A stretch of DNA of 64,000 bases from Antedon mediterranea (taxonomy: Eukaryota > Animalia > Echinodermata): NCBI RefSeq assembly GCF_964355755.1, contig NC_092676.1, forward strand, positions 3,015,888 to 3,079,887, written 5' to 3'. Position numbers and translations under genes: made by a program. Below the pieces are notes generated by a model. It did not search any database, was not told where the DNA came from, and was given only the letters and a program-made list of their open reading frames with translations. Positions 50,901 through 63,189 of this stretch are shown here, piece after piece (the first letter of the stretch is position 1; each line of letters begins with the position of its first letter).

Positions 50901-53900
50901 AGGGGCCACATCTCATAAAAAGTCTAGTTTGAGATGATTCCGAAATTATGTAGCCTTGCTGAATGTGACAGATAAAACCTATGAAATATTTGACTTATTT
51001 TGATTTAGATTTTGCATCTCTCATTGTCAATTTACTCTTGTTCTACGGACTGGTTTACAACTTACAGCGTTTTGATTGGCTATTTCTCTTAGGCCCTCAT
51101 TCAAAATAGGGGCCACATCTCTGATACTTTGTAATTCATCAAGTCCCATTGCTCTGTAAACTAACTCTCCTGGAAAGGTAACAGAAACATAACTAATCAA
51201 GTAACAAATCAGTAAAAAATATTCAATCAATAAAAAATCATCTAATCAATAATCAATCAATCAATAACCTATCAATCAAAATCATCTAATCAATAACCTA
51301 TCAATCAAAAACCATCTAATCAATAATCTATCAATAAATAACCTATCAATAAATCATCTAATCAATAACCTATCAATCAATAACCTATCAATCAAAAATC
51401 AACTTTATTACCTGTGACCCTGTCAATCATATTTGAACTTTCCTGATTGAAATAATTCTTTACTAATTGTCTGCTAACAATTGTAGCCTCGGTAACATGT
51501 TCAGCCATGCATATCCACTCAGACAATCGTGTTGTATTGAAATACAGTGCAGGGGGAGATAGCCCATCAAATGATGTGGACCATTCACTCAAAACTATAA
51601 ATATCCAAAGCATGTAATCACTTACAGAACATTAAATTTTCGTGACATCATAACCAAATATGGGACAATTCATGTAATCTTTTTTCCCCAGGTTACACTA
51701 AAAATAATAAAAACTGTATTTTATAAATTAAAAAATAAATAAATAAAATGTTTACTAAAACTATTTTTTTTTGCATTTTTTGGTTATACAAACCTCGTGA
51801 GTAAATTGGTCCAGATACTCCAGTTGGGGCAGCAAACTCCATGTCAGTAAGGGCCTCTAGTTTCTGAAGCAAGTTTAAGCCATCCTCTACAATATAGAAA
51901 CAACAATTAGTAAAGGAGTTATTATATATCACATGTTAAACAAATTTCCAACACATCTAAATTTAAAACTGAATTGAAACAATATTACAAAATTAAACAT
52001 AGATAAATTATTATTGTGCCATTATATCAGATGTTTTGCTTATATGCTTATATATTTATGAACCCCGTCTTATAATGTTTGTTTTGTTAAAATTATAATT
52101 ACTATCTTTTTAGGGACCACATTGGAATTAAGTTGTTTTACTTTAAACGACTTTATGTGTTTTCCCGTGCATCGTCAGACTTCATTAATCCATCCATTTT
52201 TATTTGCTTTTTTGATGTATATTAATATTTAAGGTGATTTTATATATTATTGATGTATTTTTAATGTTATTTATTGAGATGCCAAATAAATGAAAGAAAG
52301 AAAAAATGTTAAAATTCAAGAAATATTATTGGTTAATAGCCATCATACTTTTTTAACCATATCCCTGCAATAGTTTTTGTCTGTCTCTATCTACACTATC
52401 AAACTTTGTGACAAAAAAAATGTGCTCATATGTGGATGATGTCATATCAATACCATATTTGGGTACAATTTCAATGATAATAGAAATATCTCTCGGGTGG
52501 TAGAGCATTTTTTAATTGAACGGATAACAGTTACACTAGCACCTAAAATTTGTCAAACAAGTATATAAAAACAAGGTTGAGACTTTACCACTTGCAGCTA
52601 GTGGTGGAAAGATATCAATGTGACCACCAAGAGAAGCTGGCAGTGTTGAAGTGGTCAAAACCTCCCAAAACTGACGTATCTCAGGGTGTTCCAGGTTGGT
52701 CAGTGTGCATGTCATGTGATGCACTAGTCTCAGTTGTCCAGGACTTCCATCAACAAAGAATCCAATACTCCTGAAAAATGAAGTTTCTGTTAAAATATGT
52801 TACTTTTTTACCATAATTATTTAAGGTGTAAAGTCATAACTTTTCAAACAAAGAAGTGCCATTTTTTGTGAGAGATTTGAGCAGAACATAAGTACACTAC
52901 CCATAAAGTCACAATCCAAAAATCTCACACAGTTTAAAATAACATGCTCCTTTATAAAACAGTATTCATCACCTGGCAATATGTAAATTGCATGCAAGTA
53001 TGCACCAATAGGAACTTACTTTGCATGTCTTCCTCTAAGTGCCTCCTCAACTTGCTGTATTAAGGATTCTAAGGTTGTTCCTTCATAGTTATACACAACT
53101 GGAATAACTCCAAATAGCACAGCACTAACAAGCACCTGGAAAAATAATGTTACGATCCCTCTTAAATAAAGAACTTCCATAACAGTGTTTAAAAAAAAAG
53201 AAAAAGCAGACTTTGTAGAAACTTAGATATTTTTACTAAAGTGTGTAAAGTGTTGGAAGAGTTGACAGTTTTTGCCTTAATTATTTAGGAATAGTAATTA
53301 TGATGTCCTGGACTTGAAGTAAAAAACCTTTCATAATTAATGTTGTTGAGTTTTGTTTATTTCGTGCTGATCATTGCAAACTTGAATATACTTAGATTAT
53401 TACCTCTCTTGCAGGAACACTAGATGAGATTAGGATTATCCTTGGATTAGGGTGACTGGGATAATTCTGATTCTGCAAATTAGTTTCCATGGTAACAGAT
53501 GAGTAATCTCCTCCTCCTGATAAATCTTTTCTGTTGAAAATGAAATAATTTAATATTTACAGAAACGAAAATACATTTTCTTTATATTGAGGTAAAATTC
53601 TATTACTTTGATTTCCAAATAATGGCACTCAAAAATACTGGTGATTCAATTTGTTATAGTCAGGAGCAAACTAATACATACCTTCTGGATATGGGTCGCT
53701 TGACAGGACCAGACCAAGACTGTTCATACACACCAGCAATGCCAATGTCTGGTCTCAAAGACTCCAGCATCATGCTCTCTGAAAGAGTGGACTGTTGTGA
53801 TCTCTGATTCAGATCAAGCTCCTCTCCAGTCTAGACAAAAAAAAAATGTATTATCAAATTATTGATTGTGTTGGGAAAGTTTTGCAGATAGTGATTCTTC

Positions 53901-56697
53901 AGATAGGTATCTCGTTTAGAAATGTATGTTAACAACTTGTTGAAATCCAACTATACCACTATCAGTGAGCGATACAAAAATCTGTCCACAATAAGCCCTT
54001 TGAAAATGCCAAATTCATTATTTAAAATTGTATGCGTATTTAACATCGAGTAACTCGCAAATTACAGGATGTAGAAACTATTTTATAATTTATCATGCTT
54101 ATAAACTAAAAAATAATAATAAACTTATATAGTCTCATTTGAGGGCTAGGGAGTGGAGTTGAAAGAGTCGTGAGTTACAACCGTGAAACTACTGTAGGTC
54201 AGGATTGAACCCTGGACCTTGGAATTAGAAAGCAATCATCTTAACCACCAAGCTACAGCTCCACTAATCTTATTAGTGACTCAAAATGGTTTTTTAGCAG
54301 TATTCATTACCGTGAATGCTCTGTGTTTGTCCTTTCTGTTTAAACCTTGAAGTCCATAATCAAACTCTCTTGAAGGCTCTGTCCATGACCTTGAATGACC
54401 TCTCCCCCCTGACATCCCCCATCGTCCAGTATGTAGATAAGCATGTGTTGGCATCGTAGGGTCATTTGGATTGACAGAGGATACCATAGCATTATAGGAC
54501 TGTTGAAGGTCAACTGGTTTGGGATCTGGATCAAGCCAAGGCCGACGATTTCCAATACTACCTGTCATAAGAATATTAATGATAGATAACTTACTAGTCA
54601 ATGATAGATAACTTACTAGTCAATGATAGATAACTTACTAGTCAATGATAGATAACTTACTAGTCAATGATAGATTACTTACTAGTCAAAAATAGATTTC
54701 TTACTAGTCGCTGTCTCTCTCTATTGTTTTTTTTTTATATCTGAGACAAAATAAATGAAATGAAAAATGAAATATTAGATTACTTACTAGTCTGCAGAAC
54801 AACTGATTGAGTCTTTCTGTGCTTTTGTTTTGACGTAACTGATATTTCCTGTTCAGTCCCATCTCCAAGTTTTCCATACACATTTGACTACAAAAAGTTA
54901 TAAAATATTTTACAAGAAACTGTTAGTAAACCAGTAAAACCAGCCTCACTAATCATAGAATGGGAACAAAACTATGTCTCTGGTTGTATGACTACCATAC
55001 AATTCAACATCAAGGAAAGAGTTTTCAAAGTGAAACTGCTGCATTTAAATGTAAAAAATGTGACCCACCTTTTCTGCATTCTGTACAACGTCTAATGTTA
55101 ATAGACAATGAATGTAATGCCTTTTCCATGCTCCAAACTCATTGTCACTGGGAGAGTATGGTAAATACCAACCAAATTTGACACATTTTGCACACCATAG
55201 ATCATCCTATATTACAAAAAGTTAAAATATTATTGTTTCAAAATCTCATATAATTAAAAAATGTGTCTCAGTTTAAAGGATAATGTTAAGCACTTTTTAC
55301 CTGTTCTGTTAAAAACTTCCAATGCCATGACACTTTACTTGCTCTGCATAGACTTCTTGGATCGAGGAAAGAAAATATGTACAGCGATAAAAACTTTGGT
55401 AAAACTGTTGTAAAATCAAGGTTTTTAACAGGAACGCTGTCTTGAAACCAACGTTGAATAAAAGAAAGTTGCGATTTTTTTGATCGATGTAGGAGAAAGT
55501 TGAAAAATCGTTTCCGTTGCGAGTCTGTCCAGAGATCAAACTGAGGTAAAAGAAAATTAAAAATTATTTTAAAATTGAAACATTTAGGCTGGTTCATGGA
55601 GTTTTTAGCTTTAAAAAAATCGAAATTATTATATTGACTGATCGATTGATGTTTGGTGTATTATTTCAGTTATCTGCTAAGTTAATAGCCTATAGATAAT
55701 CATCATAAGTTTGTATACTACACACACGATGAAATAACTATGCATTATGTATGTATGTCAAACTAAACAATAAAACAGTTTGTTTACCCTCCCAGCTCTC
55801 TTTCAGAATGGCTATGAATATACAGTAAAGCTCTGTCTACACTATCAAACTAGTTTGACAAAAAAAGTGTAATATGCCCATAAATGGTAGTGATATGCCC
55901 AAATATGGTAGTGATACAGTATAAACTAGACTTACCCAGTGAGCTACCAAGTCTCGTCTTTCAACAAAAATCTGAAAAAGTTGAAATTGTATCATTTTAA
56001 ATAATATCAAAATCCTTGTATTTGGTTCTCAAAAACTTTGTACCTTAAACACACTGGAAAATCCTATGAGCACATATCATTTTCCAATCTGTTTAAGGCT
56101 TTTAAACTTTGCAATAAATTGAAATGTAATACACAAGTTTATACAATCTGCAATCTGGAGGGGCGTACTCTATACCCATGTATTTGTACCCCCTCCTCCC
56201 CATACCATGGATCTATCTTTGATGTGTTTTCCTTAAATGATAATTAACAGATAAATGTATAACAAATTAAACAAATTTAAAATAAAAAATAGCAATTAGA
56301 ATCAAAACCAAAATGTTTAGTACGGTAGTAATTTGTTTTGCTTTTTTAGAGGACCCTCTTCTCTGCATTATTATCTTCTTTAAAAATGGTATAAATAAAT
56401 AATTTATAAATTTAAACAGATAATGAGCAAATAATAACATAAACTTGCAAGAAAAGTTGTATTAATGATATTTACTTGTTCATTTGATGGCTTATTTACT
56501 ACAGGTGTCCACTGGCTCATTTGAGTTTTCATGTTTCTTGTATGATATTGTCCGTTGGTGACTGGATTCACAACAGCAGTTTTCTTAACAGATTGCGTCA
56601 TGCGTATGGTTGGATAAGATGGTTCCTTTAGTGAAGCTATTTGCGACTTTTCTTGTGTCCTTTGGCCGTCTTTCGTAGTAGTTTTTAAAGTTGCCAT
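44922..56697 (-). CDS. ECT2L: ECT2-like protein (F-box, DUF4347-like, RhoGEF DH-PH), ~21 exons (56697-56476, 55971-55936, 55540-55301, 55206-55069, 54887-54788, 54561-54311, ~53830-53682, ~53530-53404, ~53136-53021, ~52770-52578, ~51886-51793, ~51594-51412, ~51170-51066, ~50649-50525, ~50104-49929, ~48927-48704, ~48352-48205, ~47769-47518, ~47396-47241, ~45969-45796, ~45052-44922)
   Basis: [38 protein letters not shown]...[43 protein letters not shown] matches the ECT2L N-terminus. DH motifs [15 protein letters not shown] and [17 protein letters not shown], and PH motif [11 protein letters not shown]. Inner boundaries are approximate. Confidence 0.92.
45483..45762. mobile_element. MITE family C (Kolobok-like), complete copy
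   Basis: TTAA|AGATGCATTGTC ... GACAATACATCT|TTAA: perfect TTAA target-site duplication and AG...CT termini. Confidence 0.8.
46470..46514 (-). ncRNA. Minimal type I hammerhead ribozyme with a G3-C8 variant core (Penelope-like pLTR relic)
   Basis: The minus strand reads AUUUGC-GUGAACA-A-GGCUAC-UGAAA-GUAGCU-GAAA-CGUA-GCAAGU: stem I of 6 bp, stem II of 6 bp, palindromic ACGU stem III, GUA cleavage triplet. Confidence 0.7.
46637..47277 (-). repeat. ~45-bp minisatellite made of an ECT2L exon 3' end plus its splice donor, ~14 copies
   Basis: Gene-strand unit AAACCACCTCCAAATGATCCTAGACCAGACTTAAG|GTAA(G/A)TCTTT. The first copy is the real exon end ([14 protein letters not shown]). Confidence 0.93.
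49318..49845 (+). mobile_element. 3' fragment of a CR1/L2-like LINE nested in a family A MITE
   Basis: FKIMHGLCP...[29 protein letters not shown] is the typical ORF2 C-terminus, followed by AATAAA and an (ATT)n tail. The MITE halves rejoin as CTACCATATTT|GGGCACATCAC with ATATTT duplicated. Confidence 0.85.
50719..51121. repeat. ~196-bp duplication (period 207) of an ECT2L exon 3' half plus donor plus intron start
   Basis: 50719-50914 is nearly identical to 50926-51121. Confidence 0.92.
51225..51395. repeat. (ATCA/ATAACCTATCA)n low-complexity repeat filling a short ECT2L intron
   Basis: Direct reading. Confidence 0.9.
54045..54268 (-). mobile_element. tRNA-derived SINE
   Basis: The minus strand has A-box TAGCTTGGTGG and B-box GGTTCAATCC. 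The body CTCCACTCCCTA.CCCTCAAATGAGACT...GATAAATTATAAAATAGTTT is shared with 61790-61930 (+). Confidence 0.75.
54586..54709 (-). repeat. 22-bp minisatellite containing copies of the upstream exon's splice donor (GACTA|GTAAGT)
   Basis: Six units of GACTAGTAAG(T/A)..TCTAT.ATT, which match the real junction GACTA|GTAAGTAATCT at 54792-54777. Confidence 0.85.
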
Positions 56698-57099
56698 CAC
56701 GGTTTGTTTCACAATATAACTTTGGAGCAGAATACTACTGTAAGTAAGGATATATTGAAAAATAAATTAAAGCAGACTTTCATATACTGTATACATTTGG
56801 AATAAACTCCCCGGGTCTTGTTCTTTATTAAAATATTAGGCCTCTCTATTCTAACACATTTCTATTTTTTAGATTTATTGATTTTGGCCTCCATCATCTC
56901 CAATAAAAATGTTTAATATATTTTTAGTTTTAGTGTGCCTAGGTCTAGCATAAGCCACCTCAATCAGGCTCTGCAGACTCAAGGCCTAGGGCCTAACTAG
57001 GCCCTAGGCCTAGTCTGAGTTCAGTGCTTCCTGCTACTCTCTCCGTCCCCCCACCGCGCGCATCGCTCGCATGCTGTCGAGACTGGCTAGACCTACTAG

Positions 57100-57420
57100 C
57101 CTAGGCCTATTCCCCTTTTTCGCACCTGTTTTTACTTTTGTATTTCGACTCCAAATTTGTTAACTAACTTTATCGAATATCATTCTTATGTTTCTGACGA
57201 CTTTCCCCCGTACATTATATAGGCCTAGGTATACAATTAGGCTAAAATATATTCGTAACTATGGACGCTTCGTGAAGGTAAAGTTTCTACGCCATGTTGT
57301 AAACGCCGCCAACGAAAGTAAAAAGTTATCTGCCATCGTAGGGGGCGACATTTAAATTTTGATTCGGATCGAGTCAAGCGAGCAAGCAATTCAATCGAGT
57401 AAGTTTATTTTTTAATCAAA
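57100..57420. promoter_or_regulatory. Bidirectional promoter region of ECT2L (-) and TIPRL (+)
   Basis: Head-to-head genes with start codons ~1.15 kb apart. A CpG-rich patch has outward-facing candidate 5' UTR donors (GTGCGA on - at ~57125; GA|GTAAGT on + at ~57399). Confidence 0.65.
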
Positions 57421-57845
57421 AAAAACCTTTCTATCGTTGAACATAGGGCTCTAGGTATAAATTAAATACAGTTAGTCTAGGCCTAAACTAAGATTAGTCA
57501 TACGAATACCCAATTAAAACTTAATTACTCTTGTCTAGGCCTAGGTTCTAAACCTTCTACTTTCTAGGCTAGTAGGCCTAGCTAGTAGTAGTAGGCTAGT
57601 AGTAGCCAGCAGATCAGACATGACTTCTCAAGATCAACATCATGCAGGAGGCCATGCCAAGGAGGGTCAAGCCTCCACCTCATAAACTTGTTAGCTAGGC
57701 ATACTACTACTACGAGCCCAAGTACTAACTAGCTTAGCTAAGCCTAATACAGTACTACTAGTAACTAGCCTAGTGCATACTCTTTCTGCATACATTTTGA
57801 ATAAGATTAATTCAATGCTTTTTAAATCTAATTTCAGATTACAGT

Positions 57846-60735
57846 ATGACGGAACCTAAGGCCAAGGCATCAAAAAAGACTGAAACATTTGCATTTGGTC
57901 CCTGGACAATAACAAGTGTCAAAGGTCATATATTGAAGTCGCACTGTCAAAGCCCACAGAAGTGTACAACAGAAAATGACTCGAATCAAACACCTTGTGT
58001 TGTCTGCAGGTTAAGATTAACTTTGTTTATTTTGCACTACTTTGTGCTCATACCTAAGATTCTCACACTTTCGGTGTGAGAATTACATTTTCAGACCTCT
58101 CTTACACTCTCACACATATAAATTCCGAAAAACTCATAATTTCTTCTACAGAGAACTTGCATTATTTATTTGGTCATGTTTAGGTACAATATAATATTTG
58201 CCAAAGAAATAATAATGTAATTTACTACGGTATAACATTATCCTCAATATGTTTATCTTGTTATTTTCTACTGTATGTCGGGATGGATGGAATCAAAACA
58301 CATGACCCCTTGGTGACGATGACCTACCGTGACCTTGTGGTAAGGGGTGGGGGACACTTTTCAGAAAAGTTACCATCCCTGTCCCCAATGTCTCTCTTCA
58401 CTCAATATAGCTCCCACTTGGAAATCTCATACATATGCTTGTCTCAACTTTACATGTAGTGCCAATTTTTCTTTTAATATTTATATACTAATGTACTATG
58501 TGTGTGAAATGGAGTGGAGAAAATGTCTGAAACAGAAATAATACTGTACTACTTTATTTAGGTACCAACGTTCACTAGAACTTCCCCAACTACCTGAAAT
58601 GGTATTTGGTGACAATGTGTTGAGAGTTGAGCATCAAGCAGGCTTTGGTTTAGAGTTCACAGCTCTGGAGGCTTTGAAACGGGTAGATGCTCACCACGAT
58701 CTACTGCAGGTTGCGGCAGCTAAGGCTTGGCAAGAGGCTAGGTAAATTCCTTAAATTACCTTCTAAGCAGCACTATATAAAATGTTTATAATTATAATTT
58801 GATGTATTCCTTGATTTGAAAGATTATTGATATTGCTTAATGGGAAGCGTGTAAATGGGGGAATAACCTGCGACTAGGCTGGATTGCACGCGGATGTAGA
58901 TGACACATACCACAACTTTTTTTACCATATTTAATGAGGATGATTCATCCAGCAATTGCTGATCATTAGGGACCCTCAAAGGTTCACAAGACAAATGTAT
59001 ACACAAGATGCTCTACATAAACAAAGTCTTATTACAAGTTTTTGGGAGTGTATTTGTAATTTTGTCCATAGAAAAAATCCTGGCATGTGACGGGACTTGA
59101 ACCCAGGACCCTTGGAGTGGTAACCAAGCATCATAAGCACCAAGCCATAACTCCACTCCTATTAAACCATATCGTCTCCCCTTTGTGTCGAGTGCTGCCA
59201 CCAAACAGCGGAGCACCACATTTATTTCTTTACTTGCATTTTTAAACATGAAGCTGTCAGTTCTGTATGATGTCATACAATACACATGTGTATAATAGTC
59301 TTTATCATACACTTGGCACACAAAAAATGTCTACATTTTTTTATACAGTACCGTACCTTAACTTATTATTAATACTATTACTTATAATTATTTGAATTTT
59401 CTAAATGTGTTCAGGAAAACAAGTGATTTTATCAAAGAAGTAGTAAAACCATTTGATTGGACTTACACAACAGATTATCAAGGGACATGTCTAGAATCTA
59501 TATCAAAAATGCAAGTAAGAATAACTGAATGTATTTTCTTAAACCTCTTTTAGTCATTGTCGACTCTGTTGTTAGTGCACCCTTTACAATATTGTGATCC
59601 ACTATAGCTGCATTGCATGAAACCTTGTTGAACCTAACCAAACAGACTGCAGATTATTAAGTAATAAGAGAATAGAATATTGTTTAAAGGAGGAGGGGGT
59701 GCGGTAGATCATTACATGAAACCTTGTCGAACTTTAACCAAACAGACTGGAGATTATTAAAGAAAAAGAATATTGTTTAAAGCGAGGTTTAGTAGATCTT
59801 CCAAGTCAATATCGCAAAACAGTCTTGTGCTGAAATTTCTCTAAATTGTGTACAAAAACACAACCCAATAATGCATAAATTTAGCATTTTATTCAAATGT
59901 GTTTGTAATTCGAGTGTTTTTTAGAATTGTTGCCTTAAAAAAACATATATCTTTTACTTTCCCACAGACAATAAATCCTACAGATCTTAAAATAGACGTA
60001 GAAAAGTTAAAAGTCAGAGAGAAGATTTATTTTTTTGAAGAAATTGTATTGTTTGAAGATGAACTGGCAGATAATGGTTGTGCAATGCTAACTGCTAAAC
60101 TTGTGAGTACTGCTCAATGTGCTTTTATAGATTGGCTAGAGCTGGACGGACTTCTCTGTCAGGAGTTCACCCTCTAGCCAATCTATATAAGTTCATTGGT
60201 AACACCAGATAACCATTTAGTCTTAAGTATAATAATATGTATAATACACTTGCTTTCGAATCCTTTAACTTTGTAGAATTGTCAAATTGACACCCCACAT
60301 TTTGCTTCCTTTGTGTTTTTTAACAATGCTGCTATTGTTTGCTTTGTTTCAGAGAGTTATGCAAAGTAGTTTCTTTGTTTTATTAAGATTTTATCTTCGG
60401 GTGGATGGTGTTTTAATTAGAATCAACGATACACGTGTTTACCATGAGGTAGGTTTTGAGAAATTTCTGAATCTACAACATGTTACCAATTTTCACCATC
60501 TTGTAACATTTGTTTTTCATTTATAACTACTGTATTTCTATTTGAATTCTAGGCAGATAAAAATTACATGATTCGTGAGTACACAAGTCGTGAGAAGAAA
60601 ATCAGTGACCTGAAAGTCTCGCCTTCAGTCTTAACCGATGCCAATCAAATTCACCATCATTTAGACATAACAAAAGAGGTCACCGAGAAGCTAGAGTTCC
60701 CACAAGTCACAAACAGTGTAGCAGATATTTCATGA
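57846..60735 (+). CDS. TIPRL: TIP41-like protein (PP2A/TOR regulator), 6 coding exons (57846-58009, 58562-58741, 59415-59514, 59968-60102, 60353-60448, 60553-60735)
   Basis: [88 protein letters not shown] and [10 protein letters not shown]. All junctions are in phase. Confidence 0.96.
59070..59158 (-). mobile_element. tRNA-derived SINE head or tRNA pseudogene
   Basis: The minus strand has TGGCTTGGTG (A-box) ... GGGTTCAAGTCCC (B-box), followed by a T run. The acceptor stem does not pair well. Confidence 0.6.
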
Positions 60736-61032
60736 TGATACATAACAAGAGAGGTCGCTTAGAAGCTAGAGTTTCCACTAATCACAAACAGTGTAGCAGA
60801 TATTTCATGATCAGACATAACAAAAGAGGTCACTGAGAAGCTAGACTTTCCACCAATCACAAAGAGTGTAGCAGATATTTCATGATCAGAAATAACAAAA
60901 GAGGTCACTCGGAAGCTAGAGTTTCCACCAATCAAAAACAGTATAGCAGATATTCATGATCAGACATAACAAAAGAGGTCACTCAGAAGCTAGACTTCCT
61001 ACCAATCAAAAACAGTATAGCAGATATTTCAT
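60663..61032 (+). repeat. ~74-bp tandem repeat (5 copies) of the last TIPRL codons and stop codon
   Basis: ACATAACAAAAGAGGTCAC.GAGAAGCTAGA.TTTCCAC.AATCACAAACAGTGTAGCAGATATTTCATGA. Copy 1 is coding. Confidence 0.92.
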
Positions 61033-61099
61033 ATTGATTTCTGATCCCCTCCTATATAAATAGAAGATAGAATATTTTTGGTTTTGTACACCAAGGATA

Positions 61100-61393
61100 A
61101 CCCACTATTAAGTCCTTAGACATGTTTCAGATGGGGACCTTCTGCTGGTGAACTGGGCAGTACACCGATCCTCAACTCTCTGCGTTCTTTAACGTGCACA
61201 TAAGCAATGTTGCACACAGGACCAACAGCTTAACGTCTCATCTGAAATCAATGCGCTATCTACATGTATTCCAACCTGCCAGTTAGAACACATGGAGAGC
61301 GACGATAGGATTTGAACCGTTGACCAAGGAAACCTGTGGTCTTTCAAGGTTCAGTGCACAACACCGTGCCTACCACCAGTTTAGCTGACTGCA
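61100..61393 (-). mobile_element. tRNA-derived SINE with a Deu/Nin-type central domain
   Basis: The minus strand has CAGCTAAACTGG (A-box), GGTTCAAATCC (B-box), then TTTCAGATGAGACGTTAAGC...GGTCCTGTGT...GTGCACGTTAAAGAAC, resembling the DeuSINE/Nin core. Confidence 0.65.
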
Positions 61394-61789
61394 CTATTTC
61401 TTACATGACGTAATCTAAACAATTAAGTACCAGTTTAATTGGTCAACTAGTGCTCCTCATTCAGACTTTCTCCGTTCATATTTTATGAAAGAAAGTCTGT
61501 CTCGTAATGACTTTGGCTGCATTTAATAGAACATTTTGTTATACACTAGAAATATAAGATATGTACATAAATAAATAAATGACTCTAAAGTTAAAATTCA
61601 CTTATCAATCATCAGTTGCTAGGCTGATTTATACATTATTACAAAATTATTGGAATATTATTCTGCTTTTTAAAGTCATAAGGAAGTCAATATCTTATTT
61701 CAATTTTTAGATATTACATTTAATTATGATTATTATCAACAAAATTGTAATATCTATTTTGATAATATTTGTCTAGGTATTTGTAATGG

Positions 61790-61930
61790 AGAAATCCCAA
61801 GGTTTCAATTCTGACCTATTGTGCCAGGGTTGTAATTTGCTCCACTCCACTCCCTAAACCTCAAATGAGACTTAGTTTATAAGCACGATAAATTATAAAA
61901 TAGTTTGTCCATCCTGTCTTGGCAAGTTAC
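61790..61930 (+). mobile_element. 5'-truncated copy of the SINE at 54045-54268
   Basis: Shared body sequence. Confidence 0.7.
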
Positions 61931-63147
61931 TACCTGCTGGATAAGTATGAAATAAAAAAAAAATAAGGACAAAAATGAAATGGATCAAGGAATAGATATC
62001 CCAGAATGTAAAATATTACTAATAATGTAAATAAATTGAATACATTTTGTGAGATTGTATTAAAAAATGCTAGATCTAGACTGTCGTGATAAATGTTCAA
62101 CTGTTTTTGCAATAACCTTTGTTTTTTTAACTCATCTCAGTTTGCCACATATTTTTACAAAACTTGCTATATCATTCGAATTTGACTTGAATCCACCCCC
62201 TAAGCTCCTCAATATAGTGTTGCATTTATTCCCATACTCATTTAAATGGTTAAAACGGCATAAAGTGCAACCTACTGCAGGGCCGTAGCCACCAGTACGG
62301 TTGGTATGGTTTCAACCTGACCATTTTTTCACAGAGGCCTTTGACAACAAAGTGGCCTGCACAGAGATTGTTTCCCCTTTCACGCGAATACCGCACTGTA
62401 TTTATTAATCAGTTGAAAAAAAAAAAGCTGCAACAAACCAACACGATAAAGCAATATATTGAAGGTTTAGAGGTAATTTATATACTAATATTTTTTCATG
62501 AACTTGGGGGGTAACACAGAGAAAGAAAGATGGAAAATATTAATGCAATAGACAAAATATTTTAATACCATGATTAAATTGATTAATAAACCAAATTATT
62601 GCTATTAATAGTAGTTGATTAATACTTGTTATGATATACAATTTCTTTATTTCAATCTTTATTTCAAATTTCAGTGACTATACAGTATGGCAGGTTTGTG
62701 GTACTTGGTTTCGTAGCATATCCTAACAGAACAGTGGAATGTATATTTAATTGGACTTCACAGATGACATGTCTCCTGTAAGTTAACTAGCATTTAATTA
62801 TATCATCAAATCAAAATAACTATAATGATGTCATTTATATATATTATTAACCTTTTACTCCAGCACTATTGCATCGTTGGTTCCCACTTGTGATTATGCA
62901 ATACAGCACTTTGCGTCGATACGTTACGTTGTGTTCTAGTGGGAACCACGCTTTACTAATGTTCTTCCAGTAATTTGAAAATATAGTTTATAAGCTTTTC
63001 AACATTGAATACCGTTTTAAATTAATTGGTGGTGGCAGATACAGTTGGATACAATGATATCATCTTTTAAATAGGATCCACTTCTTGTGTATATATATAC
63101 TGGCACTTGCCAGTTTTTATACTATGACTTTATCCAAATTCCTTCAC

Positions 63148-63189
63148 TTGCACTGATGAAGGGCTAGTGTTGCCCGAAAGCTCTGCTAA
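63148..63189 (+). ncRNA. Minimal type I hammerhead ribozyme (canonical core) in a Penelope-like solo pLTR (~63100-63318) bounded by (TA)n
   Basis: UUGCA-CUGAUGA-A-GGGC-UAGUGUU-GCCC-GAAA-GCUC-UGCUAA: stem I GCA/UGC, stem II GGGC/GCCC, palindromic AGCU stem III, CUC cleavage triplet. Confidence 0.8.
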
